From IMG/VR virus record IMGVR_UViG_3300043540_000465: 64,000 bases of DNA. One strand, given 5' to 3'. This DNA comes from an uncultured virus (IMG/VR IMGVR_UViG_3300043540_000465). Taxonomy: Duplodnaviria > Heunggongvirae > Uroviricota > Caudoviricetes. Made by a program: the position numbers and the translations under genes. The notes below the pieces were generated by a model, which was not told the origin of the DNA, made no database searches, and saw only the letters and a program-made list of their open reading frames with translations. This document shows positions 9,403 through 18,236 of the stretch, one piece after another (within the stretch, counting starts at the first letter, position 1; each line of letters starts with the position of its first letter).

Positions 9403-11979
9403 ATGGCGGGCTTCATCGCCAACTGGGCACACTACATCGTTTCCTGGGGCGCCGCGCAGAAACTGCAAGGCTCTGGGATAGGTCTGCCCGATACCAAGAC
9501 CATCCAGAAGCGTGAGCGGGAACTGAAGCAGTTGGAGAAGCGCTTCGGTCCCGAGTACGTTGCCAAGCTGGCGCGTTCCGAAGATCAGTTTCAGCAGATC
9601 CTAGAGTGGCAGGTCGACGCGGGCGAATCCTTCGCCCTCGGCTTCCGCGATATGATGCAGAAGCAGGGCTGGTTCGAAACCCAGACCGATCGCGCTACCG
9701 GTAAGACCTTCACTCGCGTGCTGTGGGACAAGAAGGCGGCCCCGTTCTTCGACCAGCTGAGGAAGGAGTCCGACTTCGTCGAGAAGCAGGTAGGGTTTGT
9801 ATCCAAGCAGGTGATCAAAGCCCCGAGCTGGGTGTCCACGCTGTCAGCCTTTGACTTTGCGTGGTCGTCGGTGCTGCAGATTGAAGAGGACTATCGCGAG
9901 ACCCTGCAGGCCAATCTACGCGGCGCGATGGACTTCCGCACTGCCGAGAAGAACGCCTATCGCGCCCTGGCAGGCTTCAATACCGTCAAGGCAACCCAAG
10001 TAGCCACCGAGTTTGGTGAAGATTACCAGGCGCTGCGCCGCATTCTGCAGGAGCACTACCAGCTGTTCCGCAAGGAGGTCACGCTGCAGCAGCTGCGGGA
10101 GATGGCGGCTATAGGTCGCATGATGGATCTGGTGGCCACCGACGTCCACGCCTACGTAGTAGAGCGCAAGCGCGAGTTTGGCGTCGACGTGGAAGCGGCG
10201 CAGCGCGAGCTGGCTACCGCCAGCATCGTCTTCGATGATGCGGTTGAGGAGATGAGTAAGTACGCCGCCAGGCGTAATTTCATGCCGTGGCGCACGGTCT
10301 TCTTCCAAGGCTTACGGCAGGCGCAGCAGTCGGTAGCTGCAATGCCGAAAAACCTCAGCATTATCGCAACGTCGATGTCCAGCGCACTCAAGCAGGCGGT
10401 TAAGCGAGGTCTGACGACGCCGGCGGGCGTTAGCAAGTTTGTAGAGCAGACGGCGCAGACGGTGGCACAGGATCCCAATGTGCAGCTGCAGATAGGCAAA
10501 GAGTTCTACCGACGCCTAGAAGCTAAGGTTGCCGAGCTGAACCGTGAGTTCAATGTTGGGAACCAGCCTGAAGCGCAGCTGAGCCTTCGCCGCAAGGCAT
10601 TGGAGGCGTTGCTGGGGTCAGAGCTAGTCGATCAGGCGGTCGCTATCGACCGTTACTATACCAAGCAGAAGGTAGCCAAGGCAGAGGCGCTGCAGGAGAT
10701 GGCACTGCTGTTCTTGCAGACCAGTGAAGGTCAAGCTACCAACTTCGACGTGTTGGACCGCTTCTACAATCCGATGACGCGGGACGAGGCGTTCCGCCAT
10801 CTGATGGATGTCACTAAGGATCCGGGCTACTCCATGATCTTCGCCGACGCGGCGAAGACCGGGGGGCTGAAGGAGGTAGCACAAGACATCCGACGTCAGA
10901 CGCAGAAGCGTCAGCAAGATCAGCAGCGTGCGACCAAGCGGTTAGGAGACATCGTGACGGCGGTGTCCACCCTGCCGTCGCGTACCTACTCCTGGCTCAA
11001 GGCGGCGTGGGCGTGGCCGTGGACCAAGGTCTTTGCATCACTGGCGTTGGTGGCAGGCGGCACCTACTGGGATCACATCATACGCAAGCGGCTGGGGATC
11101 GAGCTGGTGGGAGCGTGGGGTGCGATCAGCAAGCTAGCCGCCGCGCTGCGGCGCAAGCAGGTGGCAGACTTGGCCACCAACGAATCGCCCACCACCAAGG
11201 ACACCGCCAGGGTTAGTTGGCTGCGCGATAAGCTGTCGCGGGTGTGGAACCGCATCAAGCTGCTGACCACCGCGATAAAGTCACGGCTGGCAAGGTGGTT
11301 ACCCCGGCTCACCAAACTGTTACGCCGCATTGCCAGCATCGTGCCGAAGATTCAGCGTTACCTGCGGCGTCGATCCTGGGCCAAGCTGAAGCAGCGCGCC
11401 CGTGCCGCGAAGCTACGGGGCGAGCGATTGGTGCCTAGCAAAGTACGTCCGATACTAGGCAAAGTACGTCCGATACTAGGCAAGCTGAGGGGCAAGGGCG
11501 GGGCGCTCGGCAAAATCGGCGGTACGATCGAGATCGGCTTCGGCACCAAGAGCTACGTCGAAGCCATGAAGAGCTTCTTCGAGCAAAGGCAATTGCTGAA
11601 GAACGAACTACAGAAGGAGCAGGCGGCGGTGCTAGCGGAGCCTAAGCTAACCAAGGATGAGGTGTGGGAGCGCGAGATGTATCGGCGCATTTTTGCCAAC
11701 AAGCAGCGCCTGGACATCTTAGAGCACGTCAACTACGTTACCACGTTCGATCTGGGACAACAGACGGCGGCGGCCAAGGAACGGCGTGACGAACTAACTC
11801 AAATCTGGAAGGTTAACGTTCAGGATGAGAAGCGAGAGGAAGGCGGGGTGACGTTAGAAGAGGCCTCGCGCTACATCAAGGAGCACCCTCCGGAGATGAT
11901 CATGTACGATACCGCGGCGGCTGTAGTACACTGCCTACAATGGATGCGGACTGGCATGGCCCGCGCACGTAAATCTTAG
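9403..11979 (+). CDS. Tape-measure-like protein 3
   Basis: 858 aa helical protein with a Trp-rich hydrophobic segment and very basic C-terminal third; blocks collinear with proteins 1 and 2. Confidence 0.6.
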   Translation: MAGFIANWAHYIVSWGAAQKLQGSGIGLPDTKTIQKRERELKQLEKRFGPEYVAKLARSEDQFQQILEWQVDAGESFALGFRDMMQKQGWFETQTDRATGKTFTRVLWDKKAAPFFDQLRKESDFVEKQVGFVSKQVIKAPSWVSTLSAFDFAWSSVLQIEEDYRETLQANLRGAMDFRTAEKNAYRALAGFNTVKATQVATEFGEDYQALRRILQEHYQLFRKEVTLQQLREMAAIGRMMDLVATDVHAYVVERKREFGVDVEAAQRELATASIVFDDAVEEMSKYAARRNFMPWRTVFFQGLRQAQQSVAAMPKNLSIIATSMSSALKQAVKRGLTTPAGVSKFVEQTAQTVAQDPNVQLQIGKEFYRRLEAKVAELNREFNVGNQPEAQLSLRRKALEALLGSELVDQAVAIDRYYTKQKVAKAEALQEMALLFLQTSEGQATNFDVLDRFYNPMTRDEAFRHLMDVTKDPGYSMIFADAAKTGGLKEVAQDIRRQTQKRQQDQQRATKRLGDIVTAVSTLPSRTYSWLKAAWAWPWTKVFASLALVAGGTYWDHIIRKRLGIELVGAWGAISKLAAALRRKQVADLATNESPTTKDTARVSWLRDKLSRVWNRIKLLTTAIKSRLARWLPRLTKLLRRIASIVPKIQRYLRRRSWAKLKQRARAAKLRGERLVPSKVRPILGKVRPILGKLRGKGGALGKIGGTIEIGFGTKSYVEAMKSFFEQRQLLKNELQKEQAAVLAEPKLTKDEVWEREMYRRIFANKQRLDILEHVNYVTTFDLGQQTAAAKERRDELTQIWKVNVQDEKREEGGVTLEEASRYIKEHPPEMIMYDTAAAVVHCLQWMRTGMARARKS
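11438..11483 (+). repeat. 21-bp tandem duplication (KVRPILG x2)
   Basis: gcaaagtacgtccgatactag repeated twice exactly. Confidence 0.95.
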
Positions 11980-11995
11980 TGCGTGCCTCGGTACC

Positions 11996-12003
11996 GTATC
12001 TTT
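11996..12003 (+). promoter_or_regulatory. GTATCTTT motif (putative phage late promoter); also at 16557, 45805, 52220
   Basis: Identical AT-rich 8-mer in four intergenic gaps just upstream of starts. Confidence 0.55.
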
Positions 12004-12010
12004 ATAGCAC

Positions 12011-13315
12011 ATGACACACACCGCTGCTAGCATCCGTCGGGCGCAACGCAAGCTGCAGCGCATCGTTGATCGCGATGCGCTGCCGGTGCTGGTGACGTCC
12101 GGTACCACGGCCACAGGCACGCCGTGTCTGCAAGTCACCGCACTAATCCTCACGCCTGAGCTGCGGTTGCGGTTGCCCACCACCGTCGACGATGTGCCTG
12201 TATGTGTAGTCGAAACCAGTACACAGGTACGGCAGGCGGGCGTGGTCACCGCGGGCGAGTGGTTGCTGGGCTTCTTCCTCGCGCACCTGGGGCGAAAAGC
12301 CTACGACGAGGTGAAGAAGAAGCTGAAGCTCGCCGCAATTCAGCAGCTAGCCTCGCCCTACCTCATGGAGTACATGGCGCGCTACGACCGCGATCCGGAC
12401 ATTCGCGGGGCCGCAGCGCGCAAGCTGCTCAACCCGCGCCTGCTACGGCAGCTGCTTGACAACGAACGCCATCCTGTGGTAAGATCGATCTTGCTAGAAC
12501 AGTTGCCACCGGAGGCGTTGTTGGGACTATATGTCGGCCTGCGGGACCGGGCACGGAAAATGGAGATCGTTCCGCACGTGCACAACCAGGAAACGTACTT
12601 CAAGCTGCTGTGCAATGAAGGTGATCCCAAGCTGGCAGCGCAGCTGCTGCCGAAGATTACCAACCCGGACTACCTTGAGCTGCTGCGCACGCACCAGCTT
12701 ACTGCGGTGCGGGAGTGGGCGGTACGGACGCTGCCAGAGATGCTGAAGCTCCATGGCGACATGGAGTCGAATCCGGACAAGATCACCGACGCGGTCCTGT
12801 CCTTTCCTACGATGACCCCGCAGGTACAGCGGTTGCTGTCGTGGGTGACGGTGCCCCAGGTGTTCTACACCCTGGTGCTGAAGCACCCTAACCTGGAGAT
12901 CAAGCAGGCCGCGCTGCGAGGACTACAGGCGTTGCGTCCGCGTGACCTGTGCAAGCTAGCGGCGGATGAGCGGATGATCTTCGACCTGCGCAACGCGGCG
13001 TTGACGTTGTGCCACGGCATCGACCTCAATATGGTAGCACATCTGGCCGAAGCTGACAAGGACGCCCGGATTCGCGCACAGGCCCTGAGCCTGTTGGAAG
13101 ACAGTCCTAACTTGGACAGCCTGCTAGCGCGACTGGCAGTGACCGAAACCGATGCAGTAGTGCTAACCCAGGTAGTACAAATGGCTCATGACGTGCGCAT
13201 GCTACGTCGCTTGAGTAAGCGCTTGACGACGCTGCCGCAGGCCGGGGCTGTAAAGCAGTTGCTGGATGCACGCCTTCAGCGCGCCCAAGGTGAGACCCAT
13301 GCAAGCGTACACTAA
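12011..13315 (+). CDS. HEAT/leucine-rich-variant helical repeat protein
   Basis: Repeated units such as DRDPDIRGAAARKL, ERHPVVRSILLEQL, DKDARIRAQALSLL. Confidence 0.7.
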   Translation: MTHTAASIRRAQRKLQRIVDRDALPVLVTSGTTATGTPCLQVTALILTPELRLRLPTTVDDVPVCVVETSTQVRQAGVVTAGEWLLGFFLAHLGRKAYDEVKKKLKLAAIQQLASPYLMEYMARYDRDPDIRGAAARKLLNPRLLRQLLDNERHPVVRSILLEQLPPEALLGLYVGLRDRARKMEIVPHVHNQETYFKLLCNEGDPKLAAQLLPKITNPDYLELLRTHQLTAVREWAVRTLPEMLKLHGDMESNPDKITDAVLSFPTMTPQVQRLLSWVTVPQVFYTLVLKHPNLEIKQAALRGLQALRPRDLCKLAADERMIFDLRNAALTLCHGIDLNMVAHLAEADKDARIRAQALSLLEDSPNLDSLLARLAVTETDAVVLTQVVQMAHDVRMLRRLSKRLTTLPQAGAVKQLLDARLQRAQGETHASVH

Positions 13316-13523
13316 GTTCATGCAACTGCTGGCGACCGGCAAGCCCATCGCTCTGCGCAGCACCACGCCCGGTGCGGAAGTATCGTTCCGTGTTGGATCG
13401 CAGCGCTTCATCATCGGTACAGAACAGCCTCTGCTCATCACGCAACAGGTGCCGCGGCGTACGCTACACGCCGCTACTGATCTGCACAACCTGCTGCGTA
13501 TGGGTATGCTGCAGGTCGGCTAA
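13299..13523 (+). CDS. Small hypothetical protein
   Basis: ATG overlapping the end of the upstream gene; fills the gap in the + strand run. Confidence 0.6.
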   Translation: MQAYTKFMQLLATGKPIALRSTTPGAEVSFRVGSQRFIIGTEQPLLITQQVPRRTLHAATDLHNLLRMGMLQVG

Positions 13524-13537
13524 CCCCAGGGTGCACT

Positions 13538-14068
13538 ATGGCTCCGGCGCTGGAACGCGAAAATCCGACCTACCCGCTGGCGTTGGCGCCGCGCAAGCCG
13601 CCGCGCAAGCCGCCCAAGTGGGTGCTCACGCCCGACATCATCGAGCACGAGCGGAACATCATTCGTACCAAGTTCCTGGCCGACATCGAGCGCAAGCAGC
13701 TGAAGATTGATCTGACGGCACCACCGCTCAAGATCCCGATCTTCCGCATCCGTCACAACGAGAGCGAGATCAAGAAGCGCTGGTACGCCACGCCGCAGGC
13801 GTGGGAGCACCACAACCGGCGGGCGGAGAAGCTGATTCAGGCGTTCCAGAAAGGCGTGCCGATTCCGCCGGTCATGGCGCGCAAGCTGGGGCCGGATCGT
13901 TACCGCATCTGGGATGGCAATCACCGGCTGATCGCAGCCAAGCGCGCGGGCGTCAAGTACGTGTACGTGTTCCCCGTGTTGCCGACCAAGGTGGAGCAGA
14001 TGCCAGAGCGCAACACGGTGCAGTTCAAGGGCGTGCTGTACGATCAGGTCAATCCGCCGCGCAAGTAG
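13538..14068 (+). CDS. ParB/Srx-like N-terminal domain protein
   Basis: IPPVMARKLGPDRYRIWDGNHRLIAAKRAG motif. Confidence 0.75.
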   Translation: MAPALERENPTYPLALAPRKPPRKPPKWVLTPDIIEHERNIIRTKFLADIERKQLKIDLTAPPLKIPIFRIRHNESEIKKRWYATPQAWEHHNRRAEKLIQAFQKGVPIPPVMARKLGPDRYRIWDGNHRLIAAKRAGVKYVYVFPVLPTKVEQMPERNTVQFKGVLYDQVNPPRK

Positions 14069-14078
14069 GGGGGGGCAC

Positions 14079-14270
14079 ATGTTACCGACCAAGATTCGCC
14101 GCGATGGGAACACGTACGTGCAAGCCGCCAAGTACTCGGCGGCGGCGACCAAGCTGCTGCGGTTGTCGGACAAGACCGGCGCGGCGGCGAAGAAGGCGCT
14201 GTTCGCCGCGCTGCAGGAGGTGGCGAAGCAGCACCCCGAGGCGCATAATGAGCGATTGGCTTGTGGGTGA
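14079..14270 (+). CDS. Small hypothetical protein
   Basis: G-rich RBS; N-terminus MLPTKIRRDGNTYVQA resembles ORF 17508. Confidence 0.6.
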   Translation: MLPTKIRRDGNTYVQAAKYSAAATKLLRLSDKTGAAAKKALFAALQEVAKQHPEAHNERLACG

Positions 14271-16548
14271 CGTAGACGGTAACGACCTGCTCGACATTGG
14301 GGACGTCATTCTGCTGGTGGAGTTTCTGTTCCACGGCGGTACCCTCACAGCCGACCAGAAGCTGCGGGGCATTATCTGGCCTGCTCCTGGCAAACTAGAA
14401 CCCAGCATCGACGACCTGCTGTCGTTGATCGGCGTGGTGTTCCACGGCGAGCCCAACTGGGGCCGCACGGGCGGTACCATCACTGGACCCACGGGCACTA
14501 TCACCGTGCCGACCGATCCCGTGATCGATGGCCCGCCGCTGATCAGTTGCAAGGATGTGCAGCTGGCGGCGGCCACGGGCGGGTCGCAGGCCACCTGCTT
14601 GATCACCCTGGAAGGCTGCCGCGACCGCCGCGCCTACGTGGTGTGGAACACCAACACCACCGTCAGCGTGGATACGGTGGTACGCCTGTTCGGTTTCGAT
14701 CCTGCGCTCAGTACGTGGACGCTGATGCCCGGCGTCAAGACCATCGACAACATCAATGGGCAGCTGATAGTGCAGCCGCAGGAGGCAGTATCGCTCGACG
14801 GTACCGCCGAAGGCAGCCACTCGCCCTACTCGATGGCGGGCTACCTGATGTTCGTACTGACCGCGGAACAAGCTGCACAGTACACACAGCTACGCATCGA
14901 GCTGACCGTCCGGCGGCGTAGCGGCGGTATGATCACGACCTCGCCCAAGTTTCGCTTCTGTGTGCAGAACCTTGGGCTGATGGCCGACACCGCTAAGGCC
15001 ATCAACGTGTCGTCGCTGGCGGCGGGCAACGTTACGACGCTGCTGCTCAAGGGGCAGTACAACGCCACGCAGACGTTGACCAGTAGCACTACCTCCAGTC
15101 GCTACTACGTTACCTTCTACCCGCTGCACCTTCCGGTCAACTACAGCATCGCCTCGTCCACCTCGCGCGCGATGCCTACGCTGTCGCTGGCGCAGGAGGA
15201 GCAGACCTTCAACCTTGACGTCTACTCCCAGACCGTGATCAACTTCTTGGAGGATATGGGAGTCAACTTGGGGCCGCTGGCGCCCAACCTCGATGCCGTG
15301 GGCGACATCGTTGAGTTGTATACCCCCGTCAGCATCGACCGCGAAGGTCACGACGTCCGTGACCTGCAGAACTACGTGGTCAAGGCCATCGAGCCGCGGT
15401 ATCGACTCTACGTGCACACCGAGTACACCAACGCAACGCAGATCTCTCAACTCATCACGCGCCTGAACGAGATGCTGCCACGCTTGGTGGCCACCTTCGG
15501 CACGCTAACCCCCGTCAGCGGTGACAGTCGGCTGAACATCGTGCTAGCTCCGGCGTTGTTCGACATCGAGAATCTGTGGGGCATGTTCGCGCCGCGCGAC
15601 CTAGTGGCCGGTGACCCCGAGTCCAACGAAGGCATCTACGTGTACTACCGGCCGGCGTTGTACCGCACCACGCCTACCAGTACCGATATCGACGTGGGCT
15701 TTGTGCTGCGCGGCGTCGCCCACGAATTTGCTCACGCGCTGCAGTTCGTGAACGTTACGCTAGCTCGCGCCATTGCCTACCTAGGTCTGCCGCCCGGCAC
15801 CCTGCTGCCGGGCGATAAGGAGCAGCTACCGCAGGCCGTGTGGCCCACCATCAGTGAGGGGCTGGCGCTGTTGGCCGAGCTAGAGTCGGGTTACAGCTAC
15901 CATAAGCTGCCGTCAATGCCGGTCACCCCGGTTTCGGGTACGACGGACAGGGCGATGACCGCCTCGGCTTCCAAGCTAAGCTTCATCGTCAATGCTCTGT
16001 TCGATCACCCCGCTACGGGTACGCTGATGGTGGGGCCGGGCGGGCGCGTGAACATGGCCACGCAGGCGCTGCTAGGGCTGTTCTTCCAGTGGTTGTCGGA
16101 GCGTACCTTACCGGCGGTGCCGCGTACCACCTTCATTCAAGATCTGGTGGCGACCACCGACCTGATGGAGCTGGAGCAGCTGGTAGGTACGGCGCACAAT
16201 CAGAGCCTGCTGTGGTTGCTGCGCGATTTCGTCATCACGTGCCTCAACCAACCGTTGGGTGGCGTCTACCCCTTCGACGCTTCCAAGTACACTTTCGGCC
16301 CAGTCACCGCGTGGACGGTGGGTACCGATACGTTGTACCGGGGGGTGCAGCTGTACAACGACGGATCGACGACGGCCCCAGCGTTGCGGTCGCTGCCACC
16401 GCGGCAAGTTGACGTGGGCAAGCAGAATCTAGCGGACGCTATGCGATCCCTCACGCCACTGTTGCTGACTTGGGCGGTGTCGAACACCTACCAATTGAGC
16501 TTCAACGTCGACGAACCTAGCCTCGTCGCGTTCCTGCGCGTGGCCTGA
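14248..16548 (+). CDS. Dockerin-like N-terminus plus HExxH zinc metallopeptidase (gluzincin-like)
   Basis: Likely start ATG 14248; GDVDGNDLLDIGDVILLVEFLF (dockerin/EF-hand-like); VAHEFAHALQF followed by ISEGLA. Confidence 0.65.
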   Translation: MSDWLVGDVDGNDLLDIGDVILLVEFLFHGGTLTADQKLRGIIWPAPGKLEPSIDDLLSLIGVVFHGEPNWGRTGGTITGPTGTITVPTDPVIDGPPLISCKDVQLAAATGGSQATCLITLEGCRDRRAYVVWNTNTTVSVDTVVRLFGFDPALSTWTLMPGVKTIDNINGQLIVQPQEAVSLDGTAEGSHSPYSMAGYLMFVLTAEQAAQYTQLRIELTVRRRSGGMITTSPKFRFCVQNLGLMADTAKAINVSSLAAGNVTTLLLKGQYNATQTLTSSTTSSRYYVTFYPLHLPVNYSIASSTSRAMPTLSLAQEEQTFNLDVYSQTVINFLEDMGVNLGPLAPNLDAVGDIVELYTPVSIDREGHDVRDLQNYVVKAIEPRYRLYVHTEYTNATQISQLITRLNEMLPRLVATFGTLTPVSGDSRLNIVLAPALFDIENLWGMFAPRDLVAGDPESNEGIYVYYRPALYRTTPTSTDIDVGFVLRGVAHEFAHALQFVNVTLARAIAYLGLPPGTLLPGDKEQLPQAVWPTISEGLALLAELESGYSYHKLPSMPVTPVSGTTDRAMTASASKLSFIVNALFDHPATGTLMVGPGGRVNMATQALLGLFFQWLSERTLPAVPRTTFIQDLVATTDLMELEQLVGTAHNQSLLWLLRDFVITCLNQPLGGVYPFDASKYTFGPVTAWTVGTDTLYRGVQLYNDGSTTAPALRSLPPRQVDVGKQNLADAMRSLTPLLLTWAVSNTYQLSFNVDEPSLVAFLRVA

Positions 16549-16592
16549 GTGCGCGTGTATCTTTGATTAGTCACGATTCACAGGAGCCTACC

Positions 16593-17360
16593 ATGGCCAA
16601 GCGCCCCAAGCAGACTCAGCCTCGGTTCATCGCCACTGCCGTGTCGCTGCGGATGGCCGAGCTACGCACCATCGCGCCTGATGAGTACCGGCAACTATGC
16701 CGTAAGTTTGCGGGCTACTTTGCGGGCGTCGCGCGCAATGAGATCTCTGGATGGCTGGGCTTGGATCTGCACAGCTGCGCGGCAGCGCTGAACGACCCGA
16801 TGCGCTTCGCGCAGCTCGCCATGCTGGTACCCAAGCTGTCCCGCTCGCTCTACGAGCTGGCGGAACTGGACGAGGCTTTCCGTCTGCTGGGCGACGAGGA
16901 TCTGCACACGCAGATGCAGCAACACATGGCGGCGGCCGACGAGTTCCGCACTGGCATCCGTACGGCGCTGCTGCATCACAAGGACGACCGGCACAAGAAC
17001 TTCCCCGACCTCGTCGATGCGCTGATCAAGTTACGCACCGCCACCAAGCCGTACCTCGACGGTATTCGCGCCGCCTACGCGCAGGTGTTCGCGGTCACGG
17101 TCACGCGGGCGTCGTTCTACCTCAGTCCGGTGTACCAGCGCAAGCTGCCGTCGGCCATCCCGCCCATCGGGCGCACGCTTAAGGTGGCGTATATGGAAGG
17201 CTCCCTTCAGGGACTGTACCAACGTCTGGGGCCACAGGCGGACGAGGTGTGGGCACAAGTCAGGCCGCAGATTATGAGCGACCTGGATCTGCTGCTGCGC
17301 AACTCAGGTGGGCTGGCCAACAGTTTGCGCGATGCCGGCCTGCAGTTCGCGCGCATGTGA
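16593..17360 (+). CDS. Hypothetical helical protein
   Basis: AGGAG RBS before ATG 16593; long ORF. Confidence 0.75.
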   Translation: MAKRPKQTQPRFIATAVSLRMAELRTIAPDEYRQLCRKFAGYFAGVARNEISGWLGLDLHSCAAALNDPMRFAQLAMLVPKLSRSLYELAELDEAFRLLGDEDLHTQMQQHMAAADEFRTGIRTALLHHKDDRHKNFPDLVDALIKLRTATKPYLDGIRAAYAQVFAVTVTRASFYLSPVYQRKLPSAIPPIGRTLKVAYMEGSLQGLYQRLGPQADEVWAQVRPQIMSDLDLLLRNSGGLANSLRDAGLQFARM

Positions 17361-17507
17361 GGGAGCAGCGTGAGCACACCGAAGCAGATCAAGCGTCGCG
17401 GCACCACGAGCGGATGCGACGGCACAAGCAATTTCTGCAGTACATCGACGCGCATTCCAACATCGCCAACCCACTGTTCGCCAACGATAATGAGCACAGG
17501 TGATATC

Positions 17508-17750
17508 ATGAAGACGCCCACGAAGATCAAGTACCGCGGTCGGGTCTACAAGCAAGCCAAGCCCATGGGGATGATCCGTGTCGAAGTGCAGTACACTGCG
17601 GTGTTCGACATGGCCGATCCGAATCCGAATACGACGGACTTCAAGGGCTCCAAGGCCGTGGCCGACGAGTTCGTGAAGTACGTCACGTATTTGAACCGCA
17701 GGGGCGAGCTGGCCAAGCGGCTCAAGACGTACATGCTCTTTCGTCACTGA
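17508..17750 (+). CDS. Small hypothetical protein
   Basis: AGGTG RBS before ATG 17508; MKTPTKIKYRGRVYKQA N-terminus. Confidence 0.6.
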   Translation: MKTPTKIKYRGRVYKQAKPMGMIRVEVQYTAVFDMADPNPNTTDFKGSKAVADEFVKYVTYLNRRGELAKRLKTYMLFRH

Positions 17751-17753
17751 CCT

Positions 17754-17760
17754 TGTAAAG
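17754..17760 (+). promoter_or_regulatory. TGTAAAG motif (putative phage middle promoter); also at 13249, 25171, 27119, 30060, 31425, 33362
   Basis: Same 7-mer recurs shortly upstream of gene starts, mostly in the replication region. Confidence 0.5.
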
Positions 17761-17769
17761 GTAGAGTGA

Positions 17770-17967
17770 ATGGGTGGTTGCTGCCGTGATCGATCTGTGA
17801 ACCTGCCAATGCCCGGCGGTGTGTGTCCCATCTGCCACACCGGCAAGCTGCTACGGCTGGTACGCCGTACCGGTCCCGAGGCGCGACGCTGTACGAACCC
17901 CACGTGCCTCGTAGTGTTTGAGCGCAACGACCCACGACTGCGGTACACCAAGTTAGGAGCTACATGA
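17770..17967 (+). CDS. Small zinc-ribbon protein
   Basis: CPICHTG...CTNPTC. Confidence 0.55.
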   Translation: MGGCCRDRSVNLPMPGGVCPICHTGKLLRLVRRTGPEARRCTNPTCLVVFERNDPRLRYTKLGAT

Positions 17968-18236
17968 TCTCTCGATCCAAAGCACGATCCTGGGCGCGTG
18001 CCCGCCGGCTGCAGGCCCGCAACGTCATGCAGGGGGTCGTGACGTTGCAGCGCCACCGGGCATCGGGCATCCAGGAGCAAGTGCAGATCATCAGTCACGG
18101 ACTGCCGGTATCTCACGTCGTGATTACCGATGCGCAGGGTGGGGCCGTACAGCTGCCCATCGAGTTTCTACCGTCGGTGCAAGAGGTGCTGGCCACCATC
18201 CCCGTGACGGTGACCGAACGCGGACCTACTAACTAG
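17964..18236 (+). CDS. Small hypothetical protein
   Basis: AGGAG RBS; ATGA overlap with the upstream gene. Confidence 0.65.
   Translation: MISRSKARSWARARRLQARNVMQGVVTLQRHRASGIQEQVQIISHGLPVSHVVITDAQGGAVQLPIEFLPSVQEVLATIPVTVTERGPTN

Noticed and set aside
13801..14247. N-terminal 149 aa of the listed 915-aa ORF
   Set aside because: Overlaps the ParB-like and 14079 genes in other frames; a better start is ATG 14248
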